From positions 4,896,001 through 4,960,000 of the forward strand of contig OZ244170.1 of assembly GCA_965216565.1 (NCBI GenBank): DNA of 64,000 nucleotides, given 5' to 3'. Positions 40,493 through 51,036 of this stretch are shown piece by piece. The notes beneath the pieces were generated by a model. That model was not told the origin of the DNA, made no database searches, and saw only the letters and a list, made by a program, of their open reading frames with translations. This DNA is from Bythopirellula sp. Its GTDB lineage: Bacteria > Planctomycetota > Planctomycetia > Pirellulales > Lacipirellulaceae. A program made the translations under genes and the position numbers. Every line of letters starts with the position of its first letter. Position 1 is the first letter of the stretch.

Positions 40493-42223
40493 ATGCCCAA
40501 CTCCACCCTCCAGCCTGTCGCCTCCAGCCTCAACGTCGCCGATCGGCTTGCTGCCATTGCTGCGAAGTACCCCGATGCCGTGGCGGTAGCGACCCCGGGT
40601 GGCGACGACGTGGCGGGCGATAATTCGTATTCCACTTGTACATTCGCTGAACTGGATCGGGACGCTACCTCGCTGGCCCGTGGATTTGTGGAACTAGGCG
40701 TCGAGCCGGGCACACGGTTGGTATTGTTAGTCCGGCCGGGAATCGAGTTCGTCAAACTTGTCTTTGCCCTATTACGCTGCGGGGCGACGACCGTGCTGGT
40801 CGATCCCGGTATGGGACGACGGCATTTGCTGCGTTGTTTGGAAGCGACTGAGCCAGAAGGGTTCGTGGCGATTAGCCCCGCGCAGGCCGTGCGAACGGTG
40901 TTTCGCAAACGATTCCAACGCGCTTGCATCAACGTGACGGTCGGGCGTCGCTGGTTTTGGGGTGGCAAAACTTACAAGCAACTTTTGGAACAGGGCAGGC
41001 GTTCCGTCGTTGAGTTGCCGCAAACTCAGGCCGGGGACGCAGCGGCAATCATCTTCACCAGCGGCAGCACCGGCCCACCGAAGGGCGTGCTGTACACGCA
41101 TCAGATGTTCGATACGCAAGCTGCGGAGATTCAGCAGCACTACGACATCCAGCCGGGCGGCGTCGACATGGCCTGCTTTGCCCTGTTTGGGTTGTTCAAC
41201 TCAGCAATGGGTGTGACGACCGTGTTCCCCGACATGGACTTTTCGCGACCCGCCTCGGCCGACCCGCAGAAGTTGCTCACCGCAGCGAGCGACTGGCGCG
41301 TGACCCAGGCGTTTGCCTCGCCAGCGGTGTGGCGGAAGTTGGGCGATTATTGTCGAAACAAGGGGGAGCAGATTCCATCGCTCTGCAAAGTTTTCTCTTG
41401 CGGTGCTCCCGTGCCGGCAGAAGTGCTGCGCGACACCTTGAAGTGTGTGGGAGCCAATGCCGAAATGCACACGCCCTACGGTGCCACCGAAAGTCTCCCG
41501 GTCGCCTCGATCGAAGCGGCGGAAGTGCTCGACGAAACGGCTGAGCAAACAGATGCAGGTGCCGGGATTTGCGTGGGTAAAAAGTTCGACACGATTGATT
41601 GGAAAGTCATTCGCATCTCCGACGAGCCCATTGATTCGATCGAACAAGTTGAGGAACTGCCTGGGGGCGAGATTGGCGAACTCATCGTCCGCGGTCCGCA
41701 AGTTTCTCCCGCTTACGTGGTAGGGGAGGAGCATAATGCGGCTGCGAAAATCACTGACGGCGACACAGTTTGGCATCGCCTGGGAGACGTCGGCTATTTT
41801 GACGACCAGGAGCGGTTCTGGTACTGCGGTCGCAAAGCGCACCGCGTCACCATGGACGGCGAAACGCTCTACACGATACCGTGTGAGGCGATGTTCAATC
41901 GACTTGCCTTCGTCAGTCGCACCGCTTTGGTGGGAGTCGAAGAGCAGCAAACTACGATCCCAGTCATTGTCTTCGAACCTCGACGGATCAATTCGATCTA
42001 TTCCGAGCCTGGCGCACCTTCCACTCCTGAGCAGGTTTATGCAAGAATCCCGAGGGACATGGCAGAACTTGGCAGACAGCATCCTCACCTGAAACGGATT
42101 AAGCACTTCTTGCGACACAATTCACTCCCCGTCGACGTGCGGCATAATTCCAAAATCAACCGCGAATTGCTGGCCGAGTGGGCGGCCTCGCAAATTCCCA
42201 GCGACTCCCACCAAAGCGGGTAA
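40493..42223 (+). CDS. oleC: OleC-like AMP-dependent ligase (olefin beta-lactone synthetase)
   Basis: VDPGMG, FTSGSTGPPKGV, HTPYGATESLP, WHRLGD, PVDVRHNSKI; followed by oleD. Confidence 0.85.
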   Translation: MPNSTLQPVASSLNVADRLAAIAAKYPDAVAVATPGGDDVAGDNSYSTCTFAELDRDATSLARGFVELGVEPGTRLVLLVRPGIEFVKLVFALLRCGATTVLVDPGMGRRHLLRCLEATEPEGFVAISPAQAVRTVFRKRFQRACINVTVGRRWFWGGKTYKQLLEQGRRSVVELPQTQAGDAAAIIFTSGSTGPPKGVLYTHQMFDTQAAEIQQHYDIQPGGVDMACFALFGLFNSAMGVTTVFPDMDFSRPASADPQKLLTAASDWRVTQAFASPAVWRKLGDYCRNKGEQIPSLCKVFSCGAPVPAEVLRDTLKCVGANAEMHTPYGATESLPVASIEAAEVLDETAEQTDAGAGICVGKKFDTIDWKVIRISDEPIDSIEQVEELPGGEIGELIVRGPQVSPAYVVGEEHNAAAKITDGDTVWHRLGDVGYFDDQERFWYCGRKAHRVTMDGETLYTIPCEAMFNRLAFVSRTALVGVEEQQTTIPVIVFEPRRINSIYSEPGAPSTPEQVYARIPRDMAELGRQHPHLKRIKHFLRHNSLPVDVRHNSKINRELLAEWAASQIPSDSHQSG

Positions 42224-42243
42224 ACTACGAATCGCGCCTACAC

Positions 42244-42264
42244 CCCTGACCCTTGACCCCTGAC
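42244..42264. repeat. Heptamer tandem repeat (3 units) just before the oleD start
   Basis: CCCTGAC CCTTGAC CCCTGAC. Confidence 0.6.
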
Positions 42265-42266
42265 TC

Positions 42267-43280
42267 ATGCACGCACTAGTTACTGGCGGCGGCGGCTTTC
42301 TCGGTCGCTATATTGTCGAACAGCTCATCGCCCGCGGCGATCGCGTGCGCAGCTTTGGCCGTGGGGCTTATCCGGAACTCGAAGCTTTGGGCGTGGAGGT
42401 GGTGCGGGGTGACATTTGCGATCTGCCAGCAATCAACTCGGCATGCAAGGGTATCGATTGCGTGTTCCACACGGCAGCGCTACCTGGAGTCGCTATGCGC
42501 CCCAAGCCGTATTACGAGGTCAATCTCCAGGGAACACAAGAAGTGCTCACTGCTTGCGAAAAGCAAAACGTGCCGCGACTTGTTTACACGAGTAGCCCGA
42601 GCGTCACGTTTGCCGGCAAACCGCAGGAGGGTGTCGACGAGTCAGTCCCGCTGGGGTTCGACTGGCTCGCTTCGCATCGCAGTTTCTACTCGCATAGCAA
42701 GGCTCAAGCCGAGCAGCTTGTGCTGGAAAGAAATAGCGGGGAGCTCAAAACCTGTGCTTTGCGTCCGCATCTCATTTGGGGTCCGCGGGATCAACATCTC
42801 ATTCCGCGACTGATTGCCCGCGCCAAGAGCGGACGTTTGCGGCGGGTGGGTGACGGGACCAATTTAGTTGACATGATTTTTGTGGAGAACGCGGCCACTG
42901 CTCATCTGCAGGCTGCCGATGCGCTGGCCGAGGAAGATTCGCCGGTGGCGGGCAAGGCTTACTTTCTCAGCCAGGGCGAGCCGGTGAATTGCTGGGAATG
43001 GATCGACGAAATCCTGGCACTGGCCAACTTGCCGTCGGTGGGCAAATCGATTTCCTATCCCGCAGCTTGGAGAGTTGGGGCGGTGCTGGAAAAAGTCTAC
43101 GCTGGGCTCCGCCTCTCCAGCGAACCGCCGATGACCCGCTTTCTCGCCGCCCAACTTGCCACCTCGCACTGGTTCGATATCACTGCCGCAAAACAGGATT
43201 TTGGCTATGAACCGCAAATTTCCAATGCCGAAGGCATGCAGCGGCTAGGTCAATGGCTTTCGAATCAGGAAGGCAATTAG
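42267..43280 (+). CDS. oleD: OleD-like NAD(P)-dependent 2-alkyl-3-oxoalkanoate reductase (3-beta-HSD family)
   Basis: VTGGGGFLG, YTSSPSV, YSHSK, LRPHLIWGPRD, EPPMTRFLA. Confidence 0.85.
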   Translation: MHALVTGGGGFLGRYIVEQLIARGDRVRSFGRGAYPELEALGVEVVRGDICDLPAINSACKGIDCVFHTAALPGVAMRPKPYYEVNLQGTQEVLTACEKQNVPRLVYTSSPSVTFAGKPQEGVDESVPLGFDWLASHRSFYSHSKAQAEQLVLERNSGELKTCALRPHLIWGPRDQHLIPRLIARAKSGRLRRVGDGTNLVDMIFVENAATAHLQAADALAEEDSPVAGKAYFLSQGEPVNCWEWIDEILALANLPSVGKSISYPAAWRVGAVLEKVYAGLRLSSEPPMTRFLAAQLATSHWFDITAAKQDFGYEPQISNAEGMQRLGQWLSNQEGN

Positions 43281-43401
43281 CCCTTACCCAATTGCCGGGG
43301 TCCTAGCCGGTGGCTCGATAGCAAATTACAATGTGCGGTTCGGCACGCCGGGATCATCTCGGTAGTGCATTCAGAGAAATCGATCCTGCGAGAGGTCCAA
43401 C

Positions 43402-45168
43402 GTGCTGCGTACTCATACTTGTGGTGAACTTACCGAAGACCATGTGAGCCAAACCGTCACACTATGCGGTTGGGTCGATAGCTATCGAGATCATGGCGGC
43501 GGGCTGTTTGTCGACCTCCGCGATCGTTACGGCATCACCCAAGTGGTGTTTAATCCTCCCGATACCTCGGAGGAAATCATCGAAGCCAGCAAGGCACTCC
43601 GCTCTGAGTACGTCATCAAGGTCACGGGCAATGTTGCCGAGCGTCCCGAGGGAATGCGGAATAAGAAGCTCGCCACCGGTGGCATAGAGCTTCGTACAAC
43701 CGAATTAGAGCTATTGAATCAAAGCCTCGTGCCGCCAGTCTCCCCTAGCGGTCAAGATTTGCCGAACGAGGATTTGCGGCTGAAGCATCGGTATCTCGAT
43801 TTGCGACGTCCCTCGATTCAGAAAATTGTAGTGCTTCGTGATCGCATGATCAAAATCATGCGCGACTACTGTGCGGACGAAGGTTTTATCGATGTGGAAA
43901 CGCCGATCCTAGGACGGAGCACCCCGGAAGGTGCTCGCGATTACCTGGTGCCCAGCCGCGTGCATCCTGGCAGCTTCTACGCGCTGCCCCAATCGCCGCA
44001 ATTGTATAAGCAGATTTTGATGATTGCCGGCTACGATCGCTATGTGCAGGTCGCCCGTTGTTTTCGCGACGAAGATTTGCGTGCCGATCGTCAGCCGGAA
44101 TTCACACAGCTCGATATGGAAATGTCCTTCGTTGATGAAGAAGACGTGATGGGCATGATTGACGGCCTCGTTGTGCGGCTGGCCAAAGAAATTTTGGACA
44201 TCGACGTTCCTACACCTTTGCCGCGGATGAAGTATGCCGAGGCCATGGAACGGTTCGGACACGACGCCCCCGATTTGCGATTTGGTCTGGAGATCGTCGA
44301 CTGCACCGACCTGGCCGCCGAGAGCGACTTTGGAGTGTTTAAAAACGTGGCCGACAGCGGCGGCAAGGTACGGGCGATCAACGCCAAAGGTGGTACCAAG
44401 AAATATAGCCGACGTGGCATCGATGCGTTGACGGAGTTTGTCAAAGAGTACGGTGCCAAGGGCTTGGCTTGGTTCAAGGTTGAAACCGACGGATCGCTGG
44501 GTGGCACGATTACCAAGTTCTTCACGCCCGAGCTATTGGAACAGTTTGCCAAGCGAGTGGATGCTGAGCCGGACGATTTGATTCTGTTTTCCGCCGATAA
44601 GTTCGGCGAGACCTGTCGTGTGTTGCATGCGTTGAGAACGAAAATCGGCCGCGAGATGGAGCTTTACGATCCCGAAGCGATGAATTTCTCTTGGGTCGTA
44701 GAGTTTCCGATGTTTGAATACGACGACGACGAGAAGCGTTGGCAGGCGATGCACCATCCGTTCACCGCGCCCCTCGATAGCGACCTGGCCAATCTCGAAG
44801 CGGAGCCCGAGAAGTGTTGCGCGAAAGCATACGATTTGGTGATTAACGGCAGCGAGGCCGGCGGCGGCACGATCCGAATTCACGATGCCGAAGTGCAGCA
44901 AAAGGTGTTCGGACTGTTGGGCATCGACGAAGAGACAGCCCAAGAACGATTTGGCTTTCTGTTGGAAGCCCTACAATACGGTGCACCGCCGCACGGCGGG
45001 ATTGCCCTCGGCATCGATCGGATGGTCATGCTGTTCGGCCGGTTGGAGAGCATTCGCGATTGCATCGCCTTCCCAAAAACACAGCGTGCCGCTGACATGA
45101 TGACCGAAGCCCCGGGGGAAGTTGATTCGAAGCAATTACGCGAATTGTCGATCAAGATTGACGAATAA
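43402..45168 (+). CDS. aspS: Aspartate--tRNA ligase
   Basis: RTHTCGEL, RDHGG, STPEGARDY, FRDEDLRADRQPEF, GAPPHGG. Confidence 0.97.
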   Translation: MLRTHTCGELTEDHVSQTVTLCGWVDSYRDHGGGLFVDLRDRYGITQVVFNPPDTSEEIIEASKALRSEYVIKVTGNVAERPEGMRNKKLATGGIELRTTELELLNQSLVPPVSPSGQDLPNEDLRLKHRYLDLRRPSIQKIVVLRDRMIKIMRDYCADEGFIDVETPILGRSTPEGARDYLVPSRVHPGSFYALPQSPQLYKQILMIAGYDRYVQVARCFRDEDLRADRQPEFTQLDMEMSFVDEEDVMGMIDGLVVRLAKEILDIDVPTPLPRMKYAEAMERFGHDAPDLRFGLEIVDCTDLAAESDFGVFKNVADSGGKVRAINAKGGTKKYSRRGIDALTEFVKEYGAKGLAWFKVETDGSLGGTITKFFTPELLEQFAKRVDAEPDDLILFSADKFGETCRVLHALRTKIGREMELYDPEAMNFSWVVEFPMFEYDDDEKRWQAMHHPFTAPLDSDLANLEAEPEKCCAKAYDLVINGSEAGGGTIRIHDAEVQQKVFGLLGIDEETAQERFGFLLEALQYGAPPHGGIALGIDRMVMLFGRLESIRDCIAFPKTQRAADMMTEAPGEVDSKQLRELSIKIDE

Positions 45169-45296
45169 GTCGGCAACTTGACGATTGATAGCACTTGAGC
45201 GACAATACCCGGCAAGAAATGAACAAAACAAAGGTCCCGTCCCTGCAAGGCTGGAACATACTTCTCCGGGGAGCTCGCCAAAGCGCGTATCAAGGA

Positions 45297-45950
45297 ATGG
45301 CACGCACGCGTCTTTCAATTCTATTGCTGCTCGCAACCACAGCGGGCTGTACCCATTTGATCGCTGTGACCGGTGATCCTCAGGTAATCTTACCCGAGAA
45401 AGCACCTGGTCAGGTGGAGCCAGAAAGCTTGGCTCCTGCTGATACCAACACGTCGGCGTTCCCGCGTGTGGTTCTCTCGACGGTGCATACAAATTGGTGC
45501 CGCAAGTTTGTTGGCGACGCGTTTCCCTCGCTTAATTTGCCTCGAATTGATTCCGGAGAGACCGCAGAAGTTTCATCGAAGTTCGGCAGTCGAGCGACAG
45601 TTGTCGTTTTCTGGACCAATGACCGCTGGATGTCGCAAATGGCACTGGAAGATTTGCAGCGTCTGGTTGCAGCAAAGCACGATGCCACCGAAGTGGCGAT
45701 CGTGGGCATTGCCGTGGACGTTCCCAAGAACGAAGCCCGGCAGATTGCAACGAAGACGCAAGCCGAGTTTCCTCACTTCCTCGACGCAAATGGCGAGGCT
45801 CTAGCCGAGGTAGGTAGCGTCGCGCTTCCCCGCCTCTATGTACTCGACCCCAATGGCCAGATTATGTGGTTTGATATTGAGTATAGCGAAAGCACACGCC
45901 GGGAACTGCTGAAGACGGTGGCCATGCTGGCGGGCACTCAGGCGAAGTGA
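45297..45950 (+). CDS. TlpA/redoxin-fold lipoprotein lacking CxxC
   Basis: TAGC lipobox; VGDAFP, VVVFW, LPRLYVLDPNGQI. Confidence 0.7.
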   Translation: MARTRLSILLLLATTAGCTHLIAVTGDPQVILPEKAPGQVEPESLAPADTNTSAFPRVVLSTVHTNWCRKFVGDAFPSLNLPRIDSGETAEVSSKFGSRATVVVFWTNDRWMSQMALEDLQRLVAAKHDATEVAIVGIAVDVPKNEARQIATKTQAEFPHFLDANGEALAEVGSVALPRLYVLDPNGQIMWFDIEYSESTRRELLKTVAMLAGTQAK

Positions 45951-45972
45951 TACGGCGACGAAGTAAAATGGC

Positions 45973-46713
45973 ATGACTGAGTCTTCTCCTTCAGCCGACC
46001 TTGCCCATCTTTTAAAACGGGATGGATTTGCCATCCTCAGCGATGTTTTCACGCTGCCCGATGTGGAAAGTTTAAGGCAAGCTTTCCTGGAGATCCCAGC
46101 AGGTGAAGAGATCCGCAAGAAAAGAAACGTCTACGGAATTCGCAATCTGTTGGAAGTGTCGCCACAAATACGCTCCTTGGCTGTAAATCCCACGCTAAGA
46201 AGGATTGTCGAACCAGTTTTAGGCGATGGCTGCTTTGCTGTCCGGGCGATTTATTTTGACAAAGTTCCTGGTGCCAATTGGAATCTGCAATTTCATCAAG
46301 ACTGTACGATATCCGTTCAACGAAGAATCGATACCGTAGAATTCAAAGCCTGGTCTACCAAAGCAGGCGTCACACAAGTGCAGCCACCAGAATCGATCCT
46401 CTCGCAGATGCTGGCCATTCGCATCCATCTCGACGATTGCCTAGAGAACAACGGTCCACTCAGAGTTCTAGCTGGTTCGCACAACCGCAAATGGGATGCC
46501 GACGAAATTCGCGATTGCCGAACTCGCTTTCCAGAGCAAACGTGCGAGGTTCGACTCGGTGGGGTGCTCGTCATGCGGCCCTTGGTCTTACACGCTTCTT
46601 CTGCTTCTAAATCGCCCAGCCACCGACGTGTGATTCACATTGAGTATGCCAGTCAAGAACTTCCTAATGGCCTGGAGTGGAACAGAAAGCTGCGGCCAGT
46701 ATCTGAAAGTTAA
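45973..46713 (+). CDS. Phytanoyl-CoA dioxygenase family (2OG-Fe(II)) protein
   Basis: FDKVPGANW, FHQD, IRIHLDDC, NGPLRVLAGSH, LHAS, RRVIHIEY. Confidence 0.9.
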   Translation: MTESSPSADLAHLLKRDGFAILSDVFTLPDVESLRQAFLEIPAGEEIRKKRNVYGIRNLLEVSPQIRSLAVNPTLRRIVEPVLGDGCFAVRAIYFDKVPGANWNLQFHQDCTISVQRRIDTVEFKAWSTKAGVTQVQPPESILSQMLAIRIHLDDCLENNGPLRVLAGSHNRKWDADEIRDCRTRFPEQTCEVRLGGVLVMRPLVLHASSASKSPSHRRVIHIEYASQELPNGLEWNRKLRPVSES

Positions 46714-46746
46714 AGATACAGCCCAGAATTTTCTCTAGCGCTGAGG

Positions 46747-46790
46747 CCCCCTCCCCTAGCCCATCCCCCGAAAACGGTGGAGGGGGATTT
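46747..46790. repeat. Palindromic intergenic repeat, possible terminator between convergent genes
   Basis: CCCCCTCCCCTAGCCCATCCCCCGAAAACGGTGGAGGGGGATTT. Confidence 0.55.
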
Positions 46791-46888
46791 TTTAGTGAGG
46801 CGCTTGGACTCGAAAGTCACGACGAGTCGCGAGAGTAGCCCGCTCAAGGCTTCTTCGTGCCTTTTCGCGTTCTTTGTGGCTACACGAT

Positions 46889-49567
46889 TTATCGAGGCTT
46901 GCTCGAAGATTCGATTTCAGTCTGCGCGCCAGTGAGCTGCTCTTGCCACTGCGAAACGAGTCGCTGGACTTCGAGGGGCGTGAGCGAATTGAGATCTGTA
47001 CCGCGAATCTCACTTAGCAGGGGGTGATCGATGGTCTCGAATAGGGTCATCTGCATGTGATGGCCATTGAGCGATTGGGAGCGGTTGGGTTTGCGTGTGC
47101 CTTCTTCCGGTTTGCTGCTTTGATCGTGCTGCTGCTCTAGCTGTTCTAAGATCTCCACCGCCCGTTCGTTGACCTCGCGAGGCACACCGGCGAGTTCGGC
47201 TACGTGAATTCCGTAGCTCTTGTCGGCTGCGCCCGGTACGATGCGATGCAGAAAAACCACTTTGCCTTCCCATTCCTTCACGGCCACATTCAGATTCGCC
47301 AGCCCCGGCAGAGTACCTGCCAGATCGGTCAGTTCGTGGTAATGCGTGGCAAACAGCGTCCGGCAGCGGGTCGTGTTGTGAAGGTGCTCGACGACAGCCC
47401 AAGCCAGCGATAAACCGTCGTAGGTACTCGTGCCACGACCAATTTCGTCGAGAATCACCAGGCTGCGATCAGTGGCTGTGTTGAGAATGCGGGCGGTCTC
47501 GGTCATTTCGACCATAAAGGTACTACGGCCCCGGGCCAGATCGTCGCTCGCGCCAACCCGGGCAAAAATCCGATCGGCGATGCCAATGGTTGCTTTGCTG
47601 GCGGGAACAAAACTGCCCATCTGCCCCATCAATGCAATCAGAGCCACCTGGCGAATATAGGTACTCTTGCCCGCCATATTTGGACCGGTAATTAGCAGCA
47701 GAGAGGAATTCCCTTCTGTTCTCTCGAGGTCGTTTTCCGCTTTCCGCTTTCCGCCTTCACAAAGCGTGTCATTAGGCACAAAGGTCCCCTCGTCCTCTGT
47801 GATATCTAGCACCGGGTGGCGCCCTTCAACAATCTCCAACACAGGTTGTTCGACGATCTCTGGACGCACATAATTGCGAGCCCTTGCCAGTTCGGCGAGG
47901 GACCCGAGCACGTCGATTTCCGCCAACGCATCGGCAGTTGATTGCAAACGGCCTGTCGCCTCGGCTACCAACTCACGAAGTTCGACGAACAGTTCGTATT
48001 CCAGATCTTGGCAACTCTCTTCAGCGGCAAGGACCTTCTCTTCGTGTTCCTTTAGCTCTGGCGTGATGTAGCGTTCGGCATTTTTGAGCGTCTGCTTGCG
48101 CACAAACTCCGCTGGAATCTTATCGCGATGGGCGTGTGTCACTTCTAAGTAGTAACCAAAGACTTTATTGAACCCAACCTTCATACTGGAAATGCCAGTC
48201 TTCTCGATCGCCTGAGCCTGATATTCGGCGATCCATTGTTTACCGCCTCGCATCAAGTCCCGCTGTTCATCGAGTTTCTTGTGAAAACCCGAACGGATGA
48301 AGCCACCGTCGCGAGTTGTCAGCGGACAATCGTCTTCGAGTGCCTGCTCGAGCTGGCCACGAACATCGGCACACAGATCGATTCGGCTTTCCAGCTGTGT
48401 GAGCCGTTCTGAGTCTCGACCGGTTAGCTTAGCCTTTACTTTGGGTAGAGTTCCCAGCGTGCGGCAAATAAAGCTCAAATCCCGCGGCGTGGCGCGGCCC
48501 GTGGTTACGCGGGCGAGTAGACGCTGGATGTCGTAGATTGATTTCAGCGTTTCGCGTAGCGCACTGGTCAGCGAAGGCTCGGCGTGCAACTCTGCCACGG
48601 CGTTTAGCCGGTTATGAATGCGTTTGACATCGGTAAGTGGATTGGCAAGCCATTCGCCCAGCAATCGCGCACCCATCGAAGTCACGGTGCGGTCGATCAC
48701 TCCCAGTAGCGAACCTTCGCGCCGATTGTCTCGCATCGATTGGGTGATTTCCAAGCTTCTTCGGGTCGCCTCGTCGATCTCGAGGCACTTGCCGCGCTGG
48801 TAAGGCAACAAACGATCGATGTGCGCGAGCGATGATTTTTGCGTCTCCTGCAGGTAATCCAATATCGCCCCAGCGGCCTGTAGCGCTGGTCCGTCCTGCT
48901 TGCTGTCCTCGCCGAACCCGAACCCTTCCAGGTTGTGTGTGGAGAATTGCTTCGTGAGCGCTTTAACTGCCGACTCGCGTCCGAATGCCCAAGCAGGACG
49001 CTCGGTAACGACAAGCCCCTCGGTCCACTGGGTTGACAACTTCTCCGCGTCGTCGCTAATTAGGATCTCAACCGGAGCGAGCCGAGCCAGTTCGTCGGGA
49101 AGCTTATCAGCCGGCACAACGGTGGCCGCGAACCGACCCGTCGACACATCGACCCACGCCAACCCGCAACGTTCGCCAGGGGTGATGGCCAGCAGAAAGT
49201 TGCTCGCTTGCGGGTCGAGCAGGGCGTCGTCTGTGATTGTTCCTCGACTAACGATGCGGGTGATGTCGCGTTTCACCAGCCCCTTCGCCTCGCGGGGATC
49301 TTCCACTTGGTCGCAAACAGCAGCCCGCATGCCGGCAGCAATGATCTTGGACAAGTAGCCATCAAGTTGATGGTGGGGAAATCCAGCCATCGGAATCGGG
49401 TTCTCACCTTTGTCCCGACTCGTGAGCGACAGTCCCAACAGACGCGCGGCCGTCTTGGCGTCCTCGAAAAACAGCTCGTAGAAGTCGCCCATGCGAAATA
49501 GCAATAGCGCATCACCAGCCGACTGTTTGGCTTCGTGATACTGCTTCATCATCGGAGTTGCCGACAT
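46889..49567 (-). CDS. mutS: DNA mismatch repair protein MutS
   Basis: TPMMKQY, FRMGDFYELF, TGPNMAGKST, STFMVEM, DEIGRGTST. Confidence 0.98.
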   Translation of the reverse strand: MSATPMMKQYHEAKQSAGDALLLFRMGDFYELFFEDAKTAARLLGLSLTSRDKGENPIPMAGFPHHQLDGYLSKIIAAGMRAAVCDQVEDPREAKGLVKRDITRIVSRGTITDDALLDPQASNFLLAITPGERCGLAWVDVSTGRFAATVVPADKLPDELARLAPVEILISDDAEKLSTQWTEGLVVTERPAWAFGRESAVKALTKQFSTHNLEGFGFGEDSKQDGPALQAAGAILDYLQETQKSSLAHIDRLLPYQRGKCLEIDEATRRSLEITQSMRDNRREGSLLGVIDRTVTSMGARLLGEWLANPLTDVKRIHNRLNAVAELHAEPSLTSALRETLKSIYDIQRLLARVTTGRATPRDLSFICRTLGTLPKVKAKLTGRDSERLTQLESRIDLCADVRGQLEQALEDDCPLTTRDGGFIRSGFHKKLDEQRDLMRGGKQWIAEYQAQAIEKTGISSMKVGFNKVFGYYLEVTHAHRDKIPAEFVRKQTLKNAERYITPELKEHEEKVLAAEESCQDLEYELFVELRELVAEATGRLQSTADALAEIDVLGSLAELARARNYVRPEIVEQPVLEIVEGRHPVLDITEDEGTFVPNDTLCEGGKRKAENDLERTEGNSSLLLITGPNMAGKSTYIRQVALIALMGQMGSFVPASKATIGIADRIFARVGASDDLARGRSTFMVEMTETARILNTATDRSLVILDEIGRGTSTYDGLSLAWAVVEHLHNTTRCRTLFATHYHELTDLAGTLPGLANLNVAVKEWEGKVVFLHRIVPGAADKSYGIHVAELAGVPREVNERAVEILEQLEQQHDQSSKPEEGTRKPNRSQSLNGHHMQMTLFETIDHPLLSEIRGTDLNSLTPLEVQRLVSQWQEQLTGAQTEIESSSKPR

Positions 49568-49875
49568 CGAGAGTTGCTCCGCATGGCTTGTTGACGCGGT
49601 CCATGCTACTCCATGCCTCGCAGCACCCTCAAGGGGCAGAAAATCAGCTCGGCTTCGAACTCCTGACTCTTCTCTCTATTCTCTAACAATGCAGCGCAGA
49701 GTTGAGAGTCGAAATTAGGGACTGGCTCGATGCTCGAACCCGGTTTGAGCCTTCATCGTACGTAGCGTCGTCGTGCCTGTCCCTTTTTTCGACGGACCAA
49801 CTGTAACTTCCGCTTAACAGGTCGGCTCCGAACTGCTGACTATTAGCTTTAGACTCTAGACTGACCACATTCGCA

Positions 49876-50868
49876 CTACTGCAGCAGTTCTTCGTCTTCG
49901 TCCTTGGCACTCAGGTTGAGTTCGCCAGAGTCTTCTAGCTGTCGGATGATATCGACAATCTCCTGCTGCTTGGCTTCTACGGCAGATACCTTGACGGCGC
50001 CGAGGAATTCCATCTCCTCTTTCAACATTTCGCCAGCACGCTTTGACATATTGTTGAAAATCTTCTCCCGTAGTTCGTTGCTGGCTCCCTTGAGTGCCAT
50101 CGACCACTGAGAGTTCTCCACGTTCTTGAGGACCGTTTGAATCTCTTTGTCGCCAAACTTGCCGATGTCTTCGAAGACGAACATCAACCGGCGGATCTCT
50201 TCGACCATGTCGGGGTCTTCTTGAGACAAATTTTCCAACAAGGTGCGCTCGGTAGCTCGATCAGAAACGTTGAGCATCTCGGCCACAGCGCCAACTCCGC
50301 CGGCGTTTTCAAAGCTTTGGCTCATGAGGCTCGACATCCGTTTCTCGAGTCCGGCTTCAATCACTTCGATAATTTCAGGGCTGGTTTGTCCCATCGAAGC
50401 GATCCGCTGCACTACCGAAAGCTGTTGCTCGGCCGGTAGTCCAGACAGAATCTCCGCACTGGCTGCCGGAGGTAAGTGCGACATAATGAGCGCAATCGTC
50501 TGGGGATGCTCGTCGATGACATAGGTCAGAATGTTCTGGCTATCGACCTGTCGCAGGAACGAGAATGGCACTGCCTCGATAGATTGACGAATATTATCCA
50601 GCGTTTCATTCGCATTCTTACCCAGCGCTTGTTGCACCAAAGCCTTTGCGCGATCCAAGCCTCCCGAGCCGGACGAGAGCCCCATGGGACTCGACTCGGC
50701 AAACTGCATGATCACGTGCTCTTCTTCCTGAGACGTGACCGCCTTGAGCCTGGCAATTTCGATGGAGACTTGTTCGACCATCTTCGGTTCGAGTCGCTCC
50801 ATGAGGGTCACGGCCTGTTCCTCGGGAAGCGAGGTCAGGAGCACAGCAGCCTTGTGAATGTCGGACAT
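49876..50868 (-). CDS. fliG: Flagellar motor switch protein FliG
   Basis: KAAVLL, EHPQTIALI, GGVGAVAEMLN, MFVFED, NMSKRA. Confidence 0.95.
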   Translation of the reverse strand: MSDIHKAAVLLTSLPEEQAVTLMERLEPKMVEQVSIEIARLKAVTSQEEEHVIMQFAESSPMGLSSGSGGLDRAKALVQQALGKNANETLDNIRQSIEAVPFSFLRQVDSQNILTYVIDEHPQTIALIMSHLPPAASAEILSGLPAEQQLSVVQRIASMGQTSPEIIEVIEAGLEKRMSSLMSQSFENAGGVGAVAEMLNVSDRATERTLLENLSQEDPDMVEEIRRLMFVFEDIGKFGDKEIQTVLKNVENSQWSMALKGASNELREKIFNNMSKRAGEMLKEEMEFLGAVKVSAVEAKQQEIVDIIRQLEDSGELNLSAKDEDEELLQ

Positions 50869-50949
50869 GTTGTGGGACGCCTAAAACTCTTGGGGTTCAA
50901 ATAGCCATGCGCAGCAATCCACCAGTAGACCGGGAGTTGCCTACTTGGA

Positions 50950-50978
50950 AGATCGGCGTTTGACACTAGGAAACTTAA
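50950..50978 (-). promoter_or_regulatory. Candidate sigma-28 (FliA)-like promoter
   Basis: Minus strand TTAAGTTT-N13-GCCGATCT about 80 bp upstream of fliG; spacer longer than the enteric consensus. Confidence 0.4.
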
Positions 50979-51036
50979 AGAGACCTTGCCGGTCGCAAGA
51001 GATATGCCGCCTACGCGGGGGCGATGGTGCTAGCAG

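Noticed and set aside
41201..42118. 305-aa minus-strand ORF
   Set aside because: Antisense shadow of oleC
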